DNA of 56,732 bases from an uncultured Clostridia bacterium (lineage in GTDB: Bacteria; Bacillota; Clostridia; TANB77; CAG-508). The notes beneath the pieces were generated by a model. That model saw only the letters and a program-made list of their open reading frames with translations, was not told the origin of the DNA and did not search any database. The translations under genes and the position numbers were made by a program. Location of the stretch: positions 1-56,732 of the forward strand of contig CALYAJ010000002.1 in NCBI GenBank assembly GCA_944393485.1, written 5' to 3'. Shown here piece after piece: positions 9,829 to 18,053 of the stretch (position 1 is the stretch's first letter; each line of letters begins with the position of its first letter).

Positions 9829-10215
9829 CTAAAAAAATTTATAAATTCCAGTTATATCCATCCAATATGCATTTCTGCGATTTATTTTAATTGATAATCC
9901 CATTAAATAACTATTGGGTCCTGTTGGTTCAGCTGTACTAGATAAATTATACACAGGTATTAATGCAGAAAAACACAAATATATTAATATAATTATTCCT
10001 AATATTATTTTATTAAATCTCTTATTTTTCATCATCAGCAATAGCAATAAAATATTTATTACTACTATAGGTATTAATCTCATATAATATTTAACATTAT
10101 AAAATTCAATATTGTCCATCCATACAAAATTAAATAATAAACATACTATTATCGGTTCAATTATTGATAAACCGAGTATTATTTTCACAATATTAACAAA
10201 AATATTTTTCTTCAT
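9829..10215 (-). CDS. Small multi-pass membrane protein
   Basis: Three or four hydrophobic helices. Start moved to the ATG after GAGGGGA. Confidence 0.45.
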   Translation of the reverse strand: MKKNIFVNIVKIILGLSIIEPIIVCLLFNFVWMDNIEFYNVKYYMRLIPIVVINILLLLLMMKNKRFNKIILGIIILIYLCFSALIPVYNLSSTAEPTGPNSYLMGLSIKINRRNAYWMDITGIYKFF

Positions 10216-10293
10216 TTTTCCCCTCTTCATTTTCTGAATAATTTCCTATTTCATCATCTAAAGTCACATAATTTGACATCCGATATTTCATAA

Positions 10294-10941
10294 TTAGCTC
10301 TTCTTTATTCTAAGCTTTTCTAATATCTTATTAATAAATTTTTTAATCTTATAATTCCATGAATTTTCATTAATTGCAATTAATTGCTTTTTATTAGTTT
10401 CTTCTGTTTTTAAACTATCATTATTAAGTTCATTTTCTCCACTAGTATTTTGACCAGCAACACTATAACTATTAACCTCATTTTCTCCATTAGTATTTTG
10501 ACCAGCAACATTATCACTATTAATCTCATTCTTTTCAATAAGACTTTGACCAGCAACACTACCACTATTAAACTCATTCTCTCCAATAATACTTTGAACG
10601 GCATCACTATCTCTATTAATATACTCATTTTTACTTGCAAAAAATTCTCTTTCATCAAACTGTTTTAAATTTTCCTGCTCTTTTTTCATTAAAAATGCCT
10701 CTAATTGCTTTTTTTGCTTTTCATTTGCAACATCATTATAAAATAAACTTAAAAGCATATCTCTTGCTTCATCTGATAAATTTATATCATCTATATTTGT
10801 ATTAAAAGCACATATCTTTTTAAAGTTTTTATCCATGTTTTTCTTGATATAATTTATTTTTTCTTTAGGAATCAATCTGTACTCTTCTTCTGGCAAATAC
10901 TGAATTATTTGATATACTTCCGCACATGCACTACTATTCAT
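10294..10941 (-). CDS. Hypothetical protein with 16-aa tandem repeats
   Basis: The repeat NE(F/I/V)NS.(S/N)VAGQ(S/N).. occurs 3 full times plus degenerate edge copies. Start at the ATG after GGAGGAG, overlapping the stop of the upstream gene. Confidence 0.5.
   Translation of the reverse strand: MNSSACAEVYQIIQYLPEEEYRLIPKEKINYIKKNMDKNFKKICAFNTNIDDINLSDEARDMLLSLFYNDVANEKQKKQLEAFLMKKEQENLKQFDEREFFASKNEYINRDSDAVQSIIGENEFNSGSVAGQSLIEKNEINSDNVAGQNTNGENEVNSYSVAGQNTSGENELNNDSLKTEETNKKQLIAINENSWNYKIKKFINKILEKLRIKKS
10420..10640. repeat. 48-bp tandem repeat, about 4.5 units, in-frame coding
   Basis: TGACC(A) anchors at 10451, 10499, 10547 and (degenerate) 10595 give a period of exactly 48 bp. Confidence 0.85.
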
Positions 10942-11185
10942 TTTCTCCTCCATCTACAAAAATACTCATATCCACATTATCCAAAATTAATGGCATTACT
11001 TGTTTGAATTCTTCCTCATCTGTTACCTCTTGTAAATCATCATTTTCAACAATTCCTAAAACCACATTTGTTTGCTCTTCTGTATTTACAAGATACACAT
11101 AATTTTTGTCATCATAACTGCATGTTCCTGCCACCAAGTACTTCTTCTCATTTTCTAAAGTAATTATATCTCCAAATTCTAACAT
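10934..11185 (-). CDS. Small acidic protein, DUF1292-like
   Basis: 83 aa, with a pattern (short beta-rich N-terminus, acidic C-terminus ..DDLQEVTDEEEFKQV) reminiscent of DUF1292. Confidence 0.4.
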   Translation of the reverse strand: MLEFGDIITLENEKKYLVAGTCSYDDKNYVYLVNTEEQTNVVLGIVENDDLQEVTDEEEFKQVMPLILDNVDMSIFVDGGENE

Positions 11186-11209
11186 TCTTTTACCTCTTTC
11201 TTTAGTATT

Positions 11210-12049
11210 CTATCTTTCTCCTTTATTTCTTGCAGGAGCTTCCATCTCAAGACTAGGAGTTTCCATTTCTCTTCCAATGCTTTGTAACGTTCTTATGGTC
11301 GGAAATTTAGATGTATTTTTCATTGACTCTCCAATATTATGCAATATCCCTTTAAAATTAATTAGTGGAATATTTCCTTCTTTCTTTTCTGCGATTCTCT
11401 CTTTTGCAAAACTTCCAACTGATTTTACTGCATCTATTCCTATTAAAACTTTATTCATATCTATATTTTTAGCAGCATCTGCTATTTTGGCAAATTTATG
11501 TGGTAATTTTGAAAAATCGAATACTGCATTATAATCTATTTGATGTGTCATTATTAAAAATGTTCTTCCACCAATACCTAATGCGTTTTTTGCTAAATTT
11601 AAAAATGCCTTTGAACTTTTGTATTTATCATCTTGCTCTGTTTCTTTTTCTGCTTTACCATCCATTTTCTTAACATTTTGTATTACATGATGTATTTTAC
11701 TATTCTTGAATCTTTCACTATCTTTTATGGGCTGTATTACTTCCTTTGCAAGATTTAATGATTTAGAAGCTAAAATAATTCCTTGCAATCCTACTGTATC
11801 TAATACACCTTTTGTCATTTTCAATACCATATCAGTATATCCTGGTAGCGAATTAAGAACAGGTATATTATCTATAGCTTTTCCAACAGTATCTAAATCA
11901 ATAAAATTATTATAATTTACTACACCTGTTTTCATAAGAAAACAAGTTAGTCCTAAGCCTATCCCAGCACTTGCTATAGGTAAAATATACTCTTTCTTTG
12001 ATTTTTTAGTTTCTTTATCTACTTCAGTAATTTTCAAATTTATCACCAT
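11210..12049 (-). CDS. Hypothetical protein (one N-terminal TM segment)
   Basis: 279-aa ORF with its own promoter (12074-12102). No recognisable motif. Confidence 0.5.
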   Translation of the reverse strand: MVINLKITEVDKETKKSKKEYILPIASAGIGLGLTCFLMKTGVVNYNNFIDLDTVGKAIDNIPVLNSLPGYTDMVLKMTKGVLDTVGLQGIILASKSLNLAKEVIQPIKDSERFKNSKIHHVIQNVKKMDGKAEKETEQDDKYKSSKAFLNLAKNALGIGGRTFLIMTHQIDYNAVFDFSKLPHKFAKIADAAKNIDMNKVLIGIDAVKSVGSFAKERIAEKKEGNIPLINFKGILHNIGESMKNTSKFPTIRTLQSIGREMETPSLEMEAPARNKGER

Positions 12050-12073
12050 TTTTTCTTCAGTTTTTCTGAAATT

Positions 12074-12102
12074 ATTTTATCATTACAGTTTTCTTTTTGC
12101 AA
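12074..12102 (-). promoter_or_regulatory. Sigma-A-type promoter for 11210..12049
   Basis: Minus strand reads TTGCAA (12097-12102), 17 nt, TAAAAT (12074-12079). Confidence 0.5.
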
Positions 12103-12113
12103 TGTTTTTGTAT

Positions 12114-12251
12114 AAGAACAAAAGGGGCATGATTAAAGTTTTATGCCATTTTAAACAACTTACATGCCCTGTATTTGTTCACTCGTCAAAATTGCACAGC
12201 AATTTTGTATGAAATTTATTTGTATAATATGGAAGTTCGAAGAACTTTCCT
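12114..12251 (+). repeat. 138-bp inverted repeat, left copy (IR-L)
   Basis: About 88% identical (16 mismatches and 1 indel by hand alignment) to the reverse complement of 22205-22341. Contains a ggggcatg..catgccc hairpin, the palindrome caaaattgc-aca-gcaattttg (12187-12207), tgtataat, and a ggaagttc/gaactttcc hairpin. Confidence 0.9.
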
Positions 12252-12280
12252 TTGAAAATAAACCACCCAGCTGGGTGGTT
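12252..12280 (-). terminator. Terminator of the 80-aa cassette gene
   Basis: Perfect hairpin aaccacccag/ctgggtggtt (12261-12280), followed on the minus strand by TATTTTC. Confidence 0.6.
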
Positions 12281-12293
12281 TGTCAATGGCAAT

Positions 12294-12536
12294 TTACTCG
12301 TGAATAATTACATCTTCAGGTAATTTGCCTATCGAGGCTCTTAGCTTTCCAATCTCGGTTACAATTCTAGAATCAAATCTTCGGAAAAGCGAAACTTCTC
12401 CAAGTTCTGATTGAACTGTAATGGAATCACCTATCCGTTCAGAGGAAATCTCGAAACTTTCTCCAGGTTCGATAACTATTCCTTTCCCGTAATAGAAAAT
12501 TCCTACCGGTTTTGATGTTTTATTCGTTATTTTCAT
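12294..12536 (-). CDS. Hypothetical 80-aa protein (higher-GC cassette)
   Basis: Own extended -10 (TGTTATAAT, 12573-12581 on the minus strand), SD GCGAGGTAG, and terminator. G+C visibly above its surroundings. Confidence 0.55.
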   Translation of the reverse strand: MKITNKTSKPVGIFYYGKGIVIEPGESFEISSERIGDSITVQSELGEVSLFRRFDSRIVTEIGKLRASIGKLPEDVIIHE

Positions 12537-12572
12537 GTCTATCTACCTCGCTTTCAAATAAAACACATATAT

Positions 12573-12581
12573 ATTATAACA
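12573..12581 (-). promoter_or_regulatory. Extended -10 element for 12294..12536
   Basis: Minus strand reads TGT-TATAAT, 37 nt upstream of the ATG. Confidence 0.35.
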
Positions 12582-12654
12582 TAAATTTAACGTCTGTCAT
12601 TATTTTCCTTACTTGTACGCCAAAGTGATTTTTCCAAATATGATTTTGTAGTAG

Positions 12655-12735
12655 TCGCAAAGTATATGCCAGCCACATTGCTCAGGTAGATATAGGCAAC
12701 CTTGCAATATAAGTAAAATCCGGCAATTTCCCCTA
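12655..12735 (+). repeat. U repeat copy U1
   Basis: gccagccacattgctcaggtagatataggcaaccttgcaatataagtaaaatccggcaatttcc aligns with U2-U4. Confidence 0.5.
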
Positions 12736-12737
12736 CA

Positions 12738-12765
12738 CCAAAGAAAACGGTGCTTTAAAAGCACC
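12738..12765 (-). terminator. Terminator of 12755..12997 (hairpin includes the stop codon)
   Basis: ggtgctt-ttaa-aagcacc, followed on the minus strand by GTTTTCTTTGG. Confidence 0.6.
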
Positions 12766-12997
12766 ATTTCCGTTCCAGAGCAAATACAATTTGCTCTTCT
12801 TCGAATGATAATTCATCATTGTGAGAAAAGTAATTTCTGCTCATCTTCTCACCTGCTGAATCAATTAGAGTAATAATCGAATCATAATTACTCCCATATT
12901 TTACAAGCACTTCTAATTCTTTTGTGCTTATTCCATATGGTTTCGTTACCCGTTTTACTCTCCATCTTTTTATCCATTCGATTGCTTTATGTACCAT
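12755..12997 (-). CDS. Hypothetical 80-aa protein (higher-GC cassette)
   Basis: Near-consensus promoter, SD AAAGGAGGA, ATG, own terminator. No recognisable motif. Confidence 0.55.
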   Translation of the reverse strand: MVHKAIEWIKRWRVKRVTKPYGISTKELEVLVKYGSNYDSIITLIDSAGEKMSRNYFSHNDELSFEEEQIVFALERKWCF

Positions 12998-13025
12998 AGA
13001 ATTCCTCCTTTGTTATTATACTTTT

Positions 13026-13054
13026 ATTATACCACTTTATGTATACTTATTCAA
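13026..13054 (-). promoter_or_regulatory. Sigma-A promoter for 12755..12997
   Basis: Minus strand reads TTGAAT (13049-13054), 17 nt, TATAAT (13026-13031). Confidence 0.6.
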
Positions 13055-13104
13055 TTGTTCTATACTACAATATCCTTTTTCCATCTTCTCCCCCTAGAAG
13101 AAAA

Positions 13105-13200
13105 GTAGCTTCGCCACATGTACAGATTGCTTTGCAATCGCACGGACAAAGGAAACTTAACCTTGTTATATACGTAAGAATCTGGCGATTTTTCTTATAC
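13105..13200 (+). repeat. U repeat copy U2
   Basis: Contains the palindrome gattgc-ttt-gcaatc, equivalent to the aaattgc-nnn-gcaattt core of IR-L/IR-R, then cttaaccttgttatatacgtaagaatctggcgattttt. Track ORF 13039..13224 is made of this repeat. Confidence 0.5.
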
Positions 13201-13230
13201 AATAAGAAAAGCATTTCTTCTTAGTATTTG

Positions 13231-13317
13231 CGAAATACGTGCCACTCGTTTTGCTCGGCTAGACATAGGTCGCTTAACCTTTTTGTACATGTAAAAATCT
13301 GGTAATTTTCCTATATA
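13231..13317 (+). repeat. U repeat copy U3
   Basis: cgtgccactcgttttgctcggctagacataggtcgcttaacctttttgtacatgtaaaaatctggtaattttcc. Confidence 0.5.
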
Positions 13318-13363
13318 AAAAACAACTCAGATAAACAAATTATATCTGTCTTATCTGAGATTG
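13312..13363 (-). terminator. Terminator downstream of the HD-domain gene
   Basis: Stem caa(t)ctcagataa/ttatctgagttg, followed on the minus strand by TTTTTTATATA. Confidence 0.6.
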
Positions 13364-13490
13364 TTTCATTTATTAATTTAATTGCTTTTTCTGCATTTTC
13401 TGCTCTTGTTCCATTTGATTCCATTTGTATAAGTGATACTTCCGTACTTAATGCACCTCTTCTTGTTTATTACGGAATATCCATGTATTT

Positions 13491-14288
13491 CTATTCTTCT
13501 ATTTTCATATCAATATAATCTTTAGCACATTTCCTTATATTTTCCATTCTTGCTTTTGTTTCTTCATCTTTATATTCTATCTTATCAACTAAAATATCTA
13601 TATAATTTTTATCTTTTATATATTGAAATGAACTTTTAAAATTAAAATCATATATAAATGCTAATATACATATCCAAAAATCTAAAAGAGTTTTTCTGTC
13701 AATTAATTTTATGCATTGATGATTCATAAAATCATTGTATACTTTGTCAGATATTTTTTCATAAGCTATATTTTCTACATTTTTTGAGCCTGGAAAATTG
13801 CTTTGAAAATCGTTTTCTTTTTTTACTCTAAAATTATCTAATTTGTCTGCATCCCTTATAATTTTAGAATGCACTACTTCTAAATCTGTTAATTCATTTT
13901 CAATTTTGTATTTATTATGATTTGCTATTGCGACTTTAATTATATTGTCATATTTATCTTCTTCTATAAAATTTCTAATCAAATTTTTATTAAATAAAAT
14001 TTCTACACCTAAGTCTGCATGATCTATTCCTTTGGTATCAGAAAAATCATTTAGTTCTTTTAGCTGTTCAAATCTTCCTATATCATGCAAAAGTGCTATT
14101 AATTTAGCAAGCTCTACATTTTCTTCATCAAGTCCTTGTGATTTTGCTATATATTCACTAAAATCAACCACATGATATGTATGAACAATTTTTAATTTAA
14201 CACTACTATTTTCTGCATCATAGTCTTTTAGATAATTCTTAAATTCTTCTTTTGCTTTTATAAAATCCAATTTTTTCTCCTTTCGCAT
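13491..14288 (-). CDS. HD-domain phosphohydrolase
   Basis: H..(HTYHV) and LLHDIGR motifs, plus IRDADKLD. Confidence 0.7.
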   Translation of the reverse strand: MRKEKKLDFIKAKEEFKNYLKDYDAENSSVKLKIVHTYHVVDFSEYIAKSQGLDEENVELAKLIALLHDIGRFEQLKELNDFSDTKGIDHADLGVEILFNKNLIRNFIEEDKYDNIIKVAIANHNKYKIENELTDLEVVHSKIIRDADKLDNFRVKKENDFQSNFPGSKNVENIAYEKISDKVYNDFMNHQCIKLIDRKTLLDFWICILAFIYDFNFKSSFQYIKDKNYIDILVDKIEYKDEETKARMENIRKCAKDYIDMKIEE

Positions 14289-14815
14289 TACTTAATTATG
14301 TATCTTTTTATTTTTTTGCCAGAATATTCTGACTGTAATACTCCTGTAGGAATTGCTCCAACACTTTCTAAAACTTTTCTTGATGCTTCATTTTCTATAT
14401 AATGACATGCAACAATTTCTTCCATTCCTAGTTCTTTACACTTTGCCACTAGCATATTTGCTATTACTTTTCCATATCCTTTTTGTCTTTCTGATGGACG
14501 TACTCCATATGCTATATTTCCTAGTGTATCTTTTCCTAGTTGTGTTAAATTACATCTTATTTCTCCTGCACCAATCAATTTATTTTGATCATTTATTGCT
14601 AAAAAATAATATGCATTCATATACCAATCTCTGTCTTCATGTAATCCTTTTTCTGTATTTTGTGCTGTTTCTATTATTTTTTTATACTCTTCTATATTAT
14701 CACAAGGCATTTCTAATATATCTGGTGTTAGCCCTGTGTTGCTTTCTCTCCATTCTTTAATCATTTCCATATATTCATAAAAATATTGTCCTTCTATTTT
14801 CTCTAGTCTTACCAT
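14288..14815 (-). CDS. GNAT family N-acetyltransferase
   Basis: Motif A RQKGYGKVIA.. and the ..ENEASRKVLESVG tail. Start at the ATG after GGAGGG. Confidence 0.65.
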   Translation of the reverse strand: MVRLEKIEGQYFYEYMEMIKEWRESNTGLTPDILEMPCDNIEEYKKIIETAQNTEKGLHEDRDWYMNAYYFLAINDQNKLIGAGEIRCNLTQLGKDTLGNIAYGVRPSERQKGYGKVIANMLVAKCKELGMEEIVACHYIENEASRKVLESVGAIPTGVLQSEYSGKKIKRYIIK

Positions 14816-14912
14816 ATAAATACCCTCCATATTAATTTTTCTATATTTTTTTTATTTTTCCTTGTATTTTTTGGTAAATAACTCATTTTCTGACAAATTT
14901 CTTTTGTTTTTA

Positions 14913-15491
14913 TTAGATTGCATTTATTATATCATCTATATTATTAAATTTGATACTCTTTATTCCTAAACTATTTCCGATATCCACATTTTTTTGCCTG
15001 TCGTCAAAAAATATCGTTTCTTCTTTTTTTAGATTAAATGTTTTTATCAATTTTAGATAGATTTTAGAATCTGGCTTGCAGACATGAGCTTTAAAAGAAT
15101 ATATTCCACCATCAAATTCTTCTAATATATTTTTTATATATAAATAGGTGTCTTCTGTTAAATTTGAAAGGAAATATATCTTGTATTTTTCCTTAACTTC
15201 TCTTAATACATTTAATATATCATTTTTTATTGGCATTGTTTTTGGTAAATTTTCCTTTGATAAAAGCTTTTCAATAAATTCTTTTTGCTCTGGATTTTTT
15301 AGAATAACTCCTTCCATACATTCATCTAAATTTAATCTTCCTATTAAATATTGTCTAAATTCTTTGCTTCCATATACAATTTTATAAAGCTTTTTTATAT
15401 CTTCTTCTGATACTTCTAGAAATTTTCTTAAATTTTCTTTTCCATCATCTAATAGAACTCCTCCAATATCAAATACTATATTTTTAATCAT
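14913..15491 (-). CDS. HAD-superfamily hydrolase (subfamily IA)
   Basis: Motif I IVFDIGGVLL and motif IV FFDDRQKNV. Confidence 0.7.
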   Translation of the reverse strand: MIKNIVFDIGGVLLDDGKENLRKFLEVSEEDIKKLYKIVYGSKEFRQYLIGRLNLDECMEGVILKNPEQKEFIEKLLSKENLPKTMPIKNDILNVLREVKEKYKIYFLSNLTEDTYLYIKNILEEFDGGIYSFKAHVCKPDSKIYLKLIKTFNLKKEETIFFDDRQKNVDIGNSLGIKSIKFNNIDDIINAI

Positions 15492-15573
15492 AGTATTTCC
15501 TCCCTAATATTTGAAATTTAGATACTGTTCTTATGTTTCTTAATCTTATAGTCTAATACTTTAGCATTATCGT

Positions 15574-15780
15574 CTAAAATAAATTTTCCTTCAAACATGC
15601 TATCTCGAGAAAATATTTTGTAAATTTTGTATTCATATCAAATTGTTTAATATTATCAAGCTCTTTAATATCTATCCATTCTAACATTCTTTCTTCTAAC
15701 TCTTGTAAATTACCATAAAAGTTTCCTTCTACATATATAAATATTATTCCTTCTGTACTATCTTTCCAATATAATATCAT
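15574..15780 (-). pseudogene. Orphan C-terminal gene fragment (possibly NUDIX-like tail)
   Basis: 68-aa ORF with no SD. The frame is open upstream into repeat U4 (..SEWQVFKNYIKEIFDK-M..), suggesting the N-terminus was replaced. Confidence 0.3.
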
Positions 15781-15810
15781 TTTATCAAATATTTCTTTGA
15801 TATAATTTTT

Positions 15811-15885
15811 AAATACCTGCCACTCGCTTGGCTAGGCTGGACATAAAAATCCTAATCTTTTATATACGTAAAAATAAGCTCTTAT
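15811..15885 (+). repeat. U repeat copy U4
   Basis: cctgccactcgcttggctaggctggacataaaaatcctaatcttttatatacgtaaaaataagc. Confidence 0.45.
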
Positions 15886-15970
15886 AATATATTAAGCAAT
15901 ATATCATAAAAGCTATATTTTTACTAGTTTTAAACGTAATTTTAAAATATCATATTGGTAAAATTAAATA

Positions 15971-16543
15971 TTATGCTTTATTCTCCAAATACCATTTTGC
16001 AAACGTTCTCATTGCATTTTTGCTTTCATATTTCTTTCTTGTTGCTCTTTCTTCTTTTGTCATTTGTGCTAATGTTTTATCATATCCACTTGGAATATAG
16101 ATATACCATAAGTCTGACCATTTTTCATTTGTATTTTCTCCTAGAATTTCTTCAGATAATCTTCCTTTGTTTTCTCCCATAAATTGATGTAATTCTTTTC
16201 CATCATAATATGATAAACATTCTGTAAATTTACAATTTCTGTTTTTCTTTCCTTCCATTAATTTTAATATTCCTTCTAATCCTAATGTTTCCAATGAGAA
16301 ATTTACAAATGCTCTTGGAAATCCATTTAATTCTTCTATCCAAAATCCGCAATCTAAAGATATACAAGGCTTTTTTACTAATTTATATGCCTCTTCCACT
16401 TTTACTTTAGAAATATATCTTATATCATCACTTCTAGGTTCATCTAAATCATATTCAAATATTTTTACATTTACTCCTTCTAATTGCTTTTGGGCTGATG
16501 CAATTTTTCCTTTATTATGTGTTACAAATACTATTTCTTCCAT
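15971..16543 (-). CDS. Ham1/RdgB-like non-canonical purine NTP pyrophosphatase
   Basis: N-terminus VFVTHNKGK, with family-like size and spacing. Confidence 0.5.
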   Translation of the reverse strand: MEEIVFVTHNKGKIASAQKQLEGVNVKIFEYDLDEPRSDDIRYISKVKVEEAYKLVKKPCISLDCGFWIEELNGFPRAFVNFSLETLGLEGILKLMEGKKNRNCKFTECLSYYDGKELHQFMGENKGRLSEEILGENTNEKWSDLWYIYIPSGYDKTLAQMTKEERATRKKYESKNAMRTFAKWYLENKA

Positions 16544-16559
16544 TTTAGCTCCTCCTTTG

Positions 16560-17258
16560 TTATAATATCTTTCTTAATTCCATCAAATCATGTATTTCGA
16601 ATGTTGGTATAAATTCTATACATTCCTCGTTTTTGTTATTAAACCAGCATGTATCTATACCTATTTCATTTCCACCTTTTATATCTTTATCTATTTCATC
16701 ACCTATAAATAGCATTTTTTCTTTATTATAATAATTTATTTTATCAAATAATGCTTCATAAAAATGTGTATGTGGTTTCATATTTCCACATTCATCTGCG
16801 GCAAATGTTACATCTATAAAATCATCTATTTTTAATTTATTTAATTTTGCAGGTAAAGCATCACTTGGCCCATTAGTTGCTATTACTATTTTGTAATCTT
16901 TTTCTTTAAGATATTCTAATATTTCTATTGCACCATTGATTGGCTCTACTTTTTCTTTTAATCCTTCAACATATAAATTATTGTAATTTACTGCTTCTTT
17001 ATATGTTATATTTCCGAAATACTTAATAAATCTTTGAGCTCTAATCCATTCTGTAATCTCATCTCTTGTCATTCCTTCTCTTGGATTTTTTATTAAGCCT
17101 TCTGCCCTTTCATTCCAGATTTTTTGATCTATATTATAAAATCTATTAAATTCGTCTTCACTATAATTATCTTTTACTATTGTTTTAAAAGCTCCTTGTA
17201 CATTTTTTAAATTGTCTGATAATGTGTCATCTAGGTCGAATATTATATATTCATACAT
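16560..17258 (-). CDS. HAD-superfamily hydrolase (YjjG-like nucleotidase type)
   Basis: DxDxT motif IIFDLDDTL, ATNGP, and FIGDEIDKDIKGG. Confidence 0.65.
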   Translation of the reverse strand: MYEYIIFDLDDTLSDNLKNVQGAFKTIVKDNYSEDEFNRFYNIDQKIWNERAEGLIKNPREGMTRDEITEWIRAQRFIKYFGNITYKEAVNYNNLYVEGLKEKVEPINGAIEILEYLKEKDYKIVIATNGPSDALPAKLNKLKIDDFIDVTFAADECGNMKPHTHFYEALFDKINYYNKEKMLFIGDEIDKDIKGGNEIGIDTCWFNNKNEECIEFIPTFEIHDLMELRKIL

Positions 17259-17316
17259 AAAAATTTCCTCCTTATGTGAAAATTATATCACGTAAAGAGG
17301 AAATATTTTTGTCAGT

Positions 17317-17928
17317 TTATTTTTTTAAATCAATTTCTTTTTCATATTTTTCATCTAATATTTTATAATTACTAATATTAGCTAATCTAAATAATCTTAT
17401 CTCGTTTCTAAGTTCGCAAAAAGCTGCAACATACCAATCATTAATATAATCAAATAATTCTGCTGGGTGGATAATTCTTTCTGTTTTTCCTGAATTTACC
17501 GAAAAGTATTTTATTTTTACTTTATTTTTTCCGTTTATTGCTTTTCTAAAATCTTTATATATTTCTGTAAATTCTGGATAAATTCTTTCTATTTTTTTAC
17601 TATTTTTCTTATTCCCATTATTTATATATGCTTTATATATTTTTTCTACTATTTCTTTTTCATAATTATCTTTAGCAATATTTTTTAAATAATATATTTC
17701 TTCATCTGTCAAACCTATATCTATATTTGTTTTTATATCCTCTAAAATATATCCTCCTTTAATTCCTTGCACACCTTTTATATAAATTCCTGCCTGTTCT
17801 AATTCTTGTTTATATTGTCTTATCATTCTTTCTGAAACTTCTAGTTCTTTTGCTAATTCATTTATAGTATGCTTTTTACCATCTTCTAATATTTTTACCA
17901 GATTAAGCATATTTGCAACTTTGCTCAT
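17317..17928 (-). CDS. HTH + WYL domain transcriptional regulator
   Basis: N-terminal HTH INELAKELEVSERMIRQYKQELEQAG and a C-terminal WYL-type domain ..IHPAELFDYINDWYVAAFCELRNEIRLFRLANI. SD AAAGGAG. Confidence 0.7.
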   Translation of the reverse strand: MSKVANMLNLVKILEDGKKHTINELAKELEVSERMIRQYKQELEQAGIYIKGVQGIKGGYILEDIKTNIDIGLTDEEIYYLKNIAKDNYEKEIVEKIYKAYINNGNKKNSKKIERIYPEFTEIYKDFRKAINGKNKVKIKYFSVNSGKTERIIHPAELFDYINDWYVAAFCELRNEIRLFRLANISNYKILDEKYEKEIDLKK

Positions 17929-17950
17929 AGTTTACTCCTTTATTTTTGGG

Positions 17951-17994
17951 AAAGAGTGTCCATTTGTTTAATTTTTAAAAAATGAACACTCTTT
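17951..17994. promoter_or_regulatory. Inverted 15-mer pair (putative WYL-regulator operator, autoregulatory)
   Basis: aaagagtgtccattt (17951-17965) and the reverse complement of 17980-17994, aaagagtgttcattt, separated by 14 nt. Lies between the predicted promoter and the RBS of the WYL gene. Confidence 0.45.
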
Positions 17995-18006
17995 TTTGAA
18001 TTATAT

Positions 18007-18035
18007 TTTATATATAAGTTCCTATTACTACGCAA
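18007..18035 (-). promoter_or_regulatory. Sigma-A-type promoter for the WYL regulator gene
   Basis: Minus strand reads TTGCGT (18030-18035), 17 nt, TATAAA (18007-18012). Confidence 0.4.
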
Positions 18036-18053
18036 TCATTTCGATTTTACTTG

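Noticed and set aside
10420-10640. Possible CRISPR array.
   Set aside because: The units are contiguous 48-bp tandem copies with no spacers and lie in frame within a coding sequence.
12114-12251. IR unit as a streptococcal difSL-like or Bacillus dif-like site.
   Set aside because: The shared TCCGAA / GGAAGT strings do not extend to a convincing arm-spacer-arm alignment.
13039-13224. 61-aa plus-strand ORF.
   Set aside because: It is composed of repeat unit U2, and the same sequence in the other U copies is not open. No SD.
12655-13317. Integron attC or Xer/dif-site interpretation of the U repeats.
   Set aside because: GCTTAAC/ACTTAAC (RYYYAAC-like) occur in U3/U2, but no matching GTTRRRY partner or R/L dyad is present. 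The best 28-mer match to the Bacillus dif consensus was only about 15/28 by hand, and no integrase or Xer gene is nearby. Kept only as an analogy.
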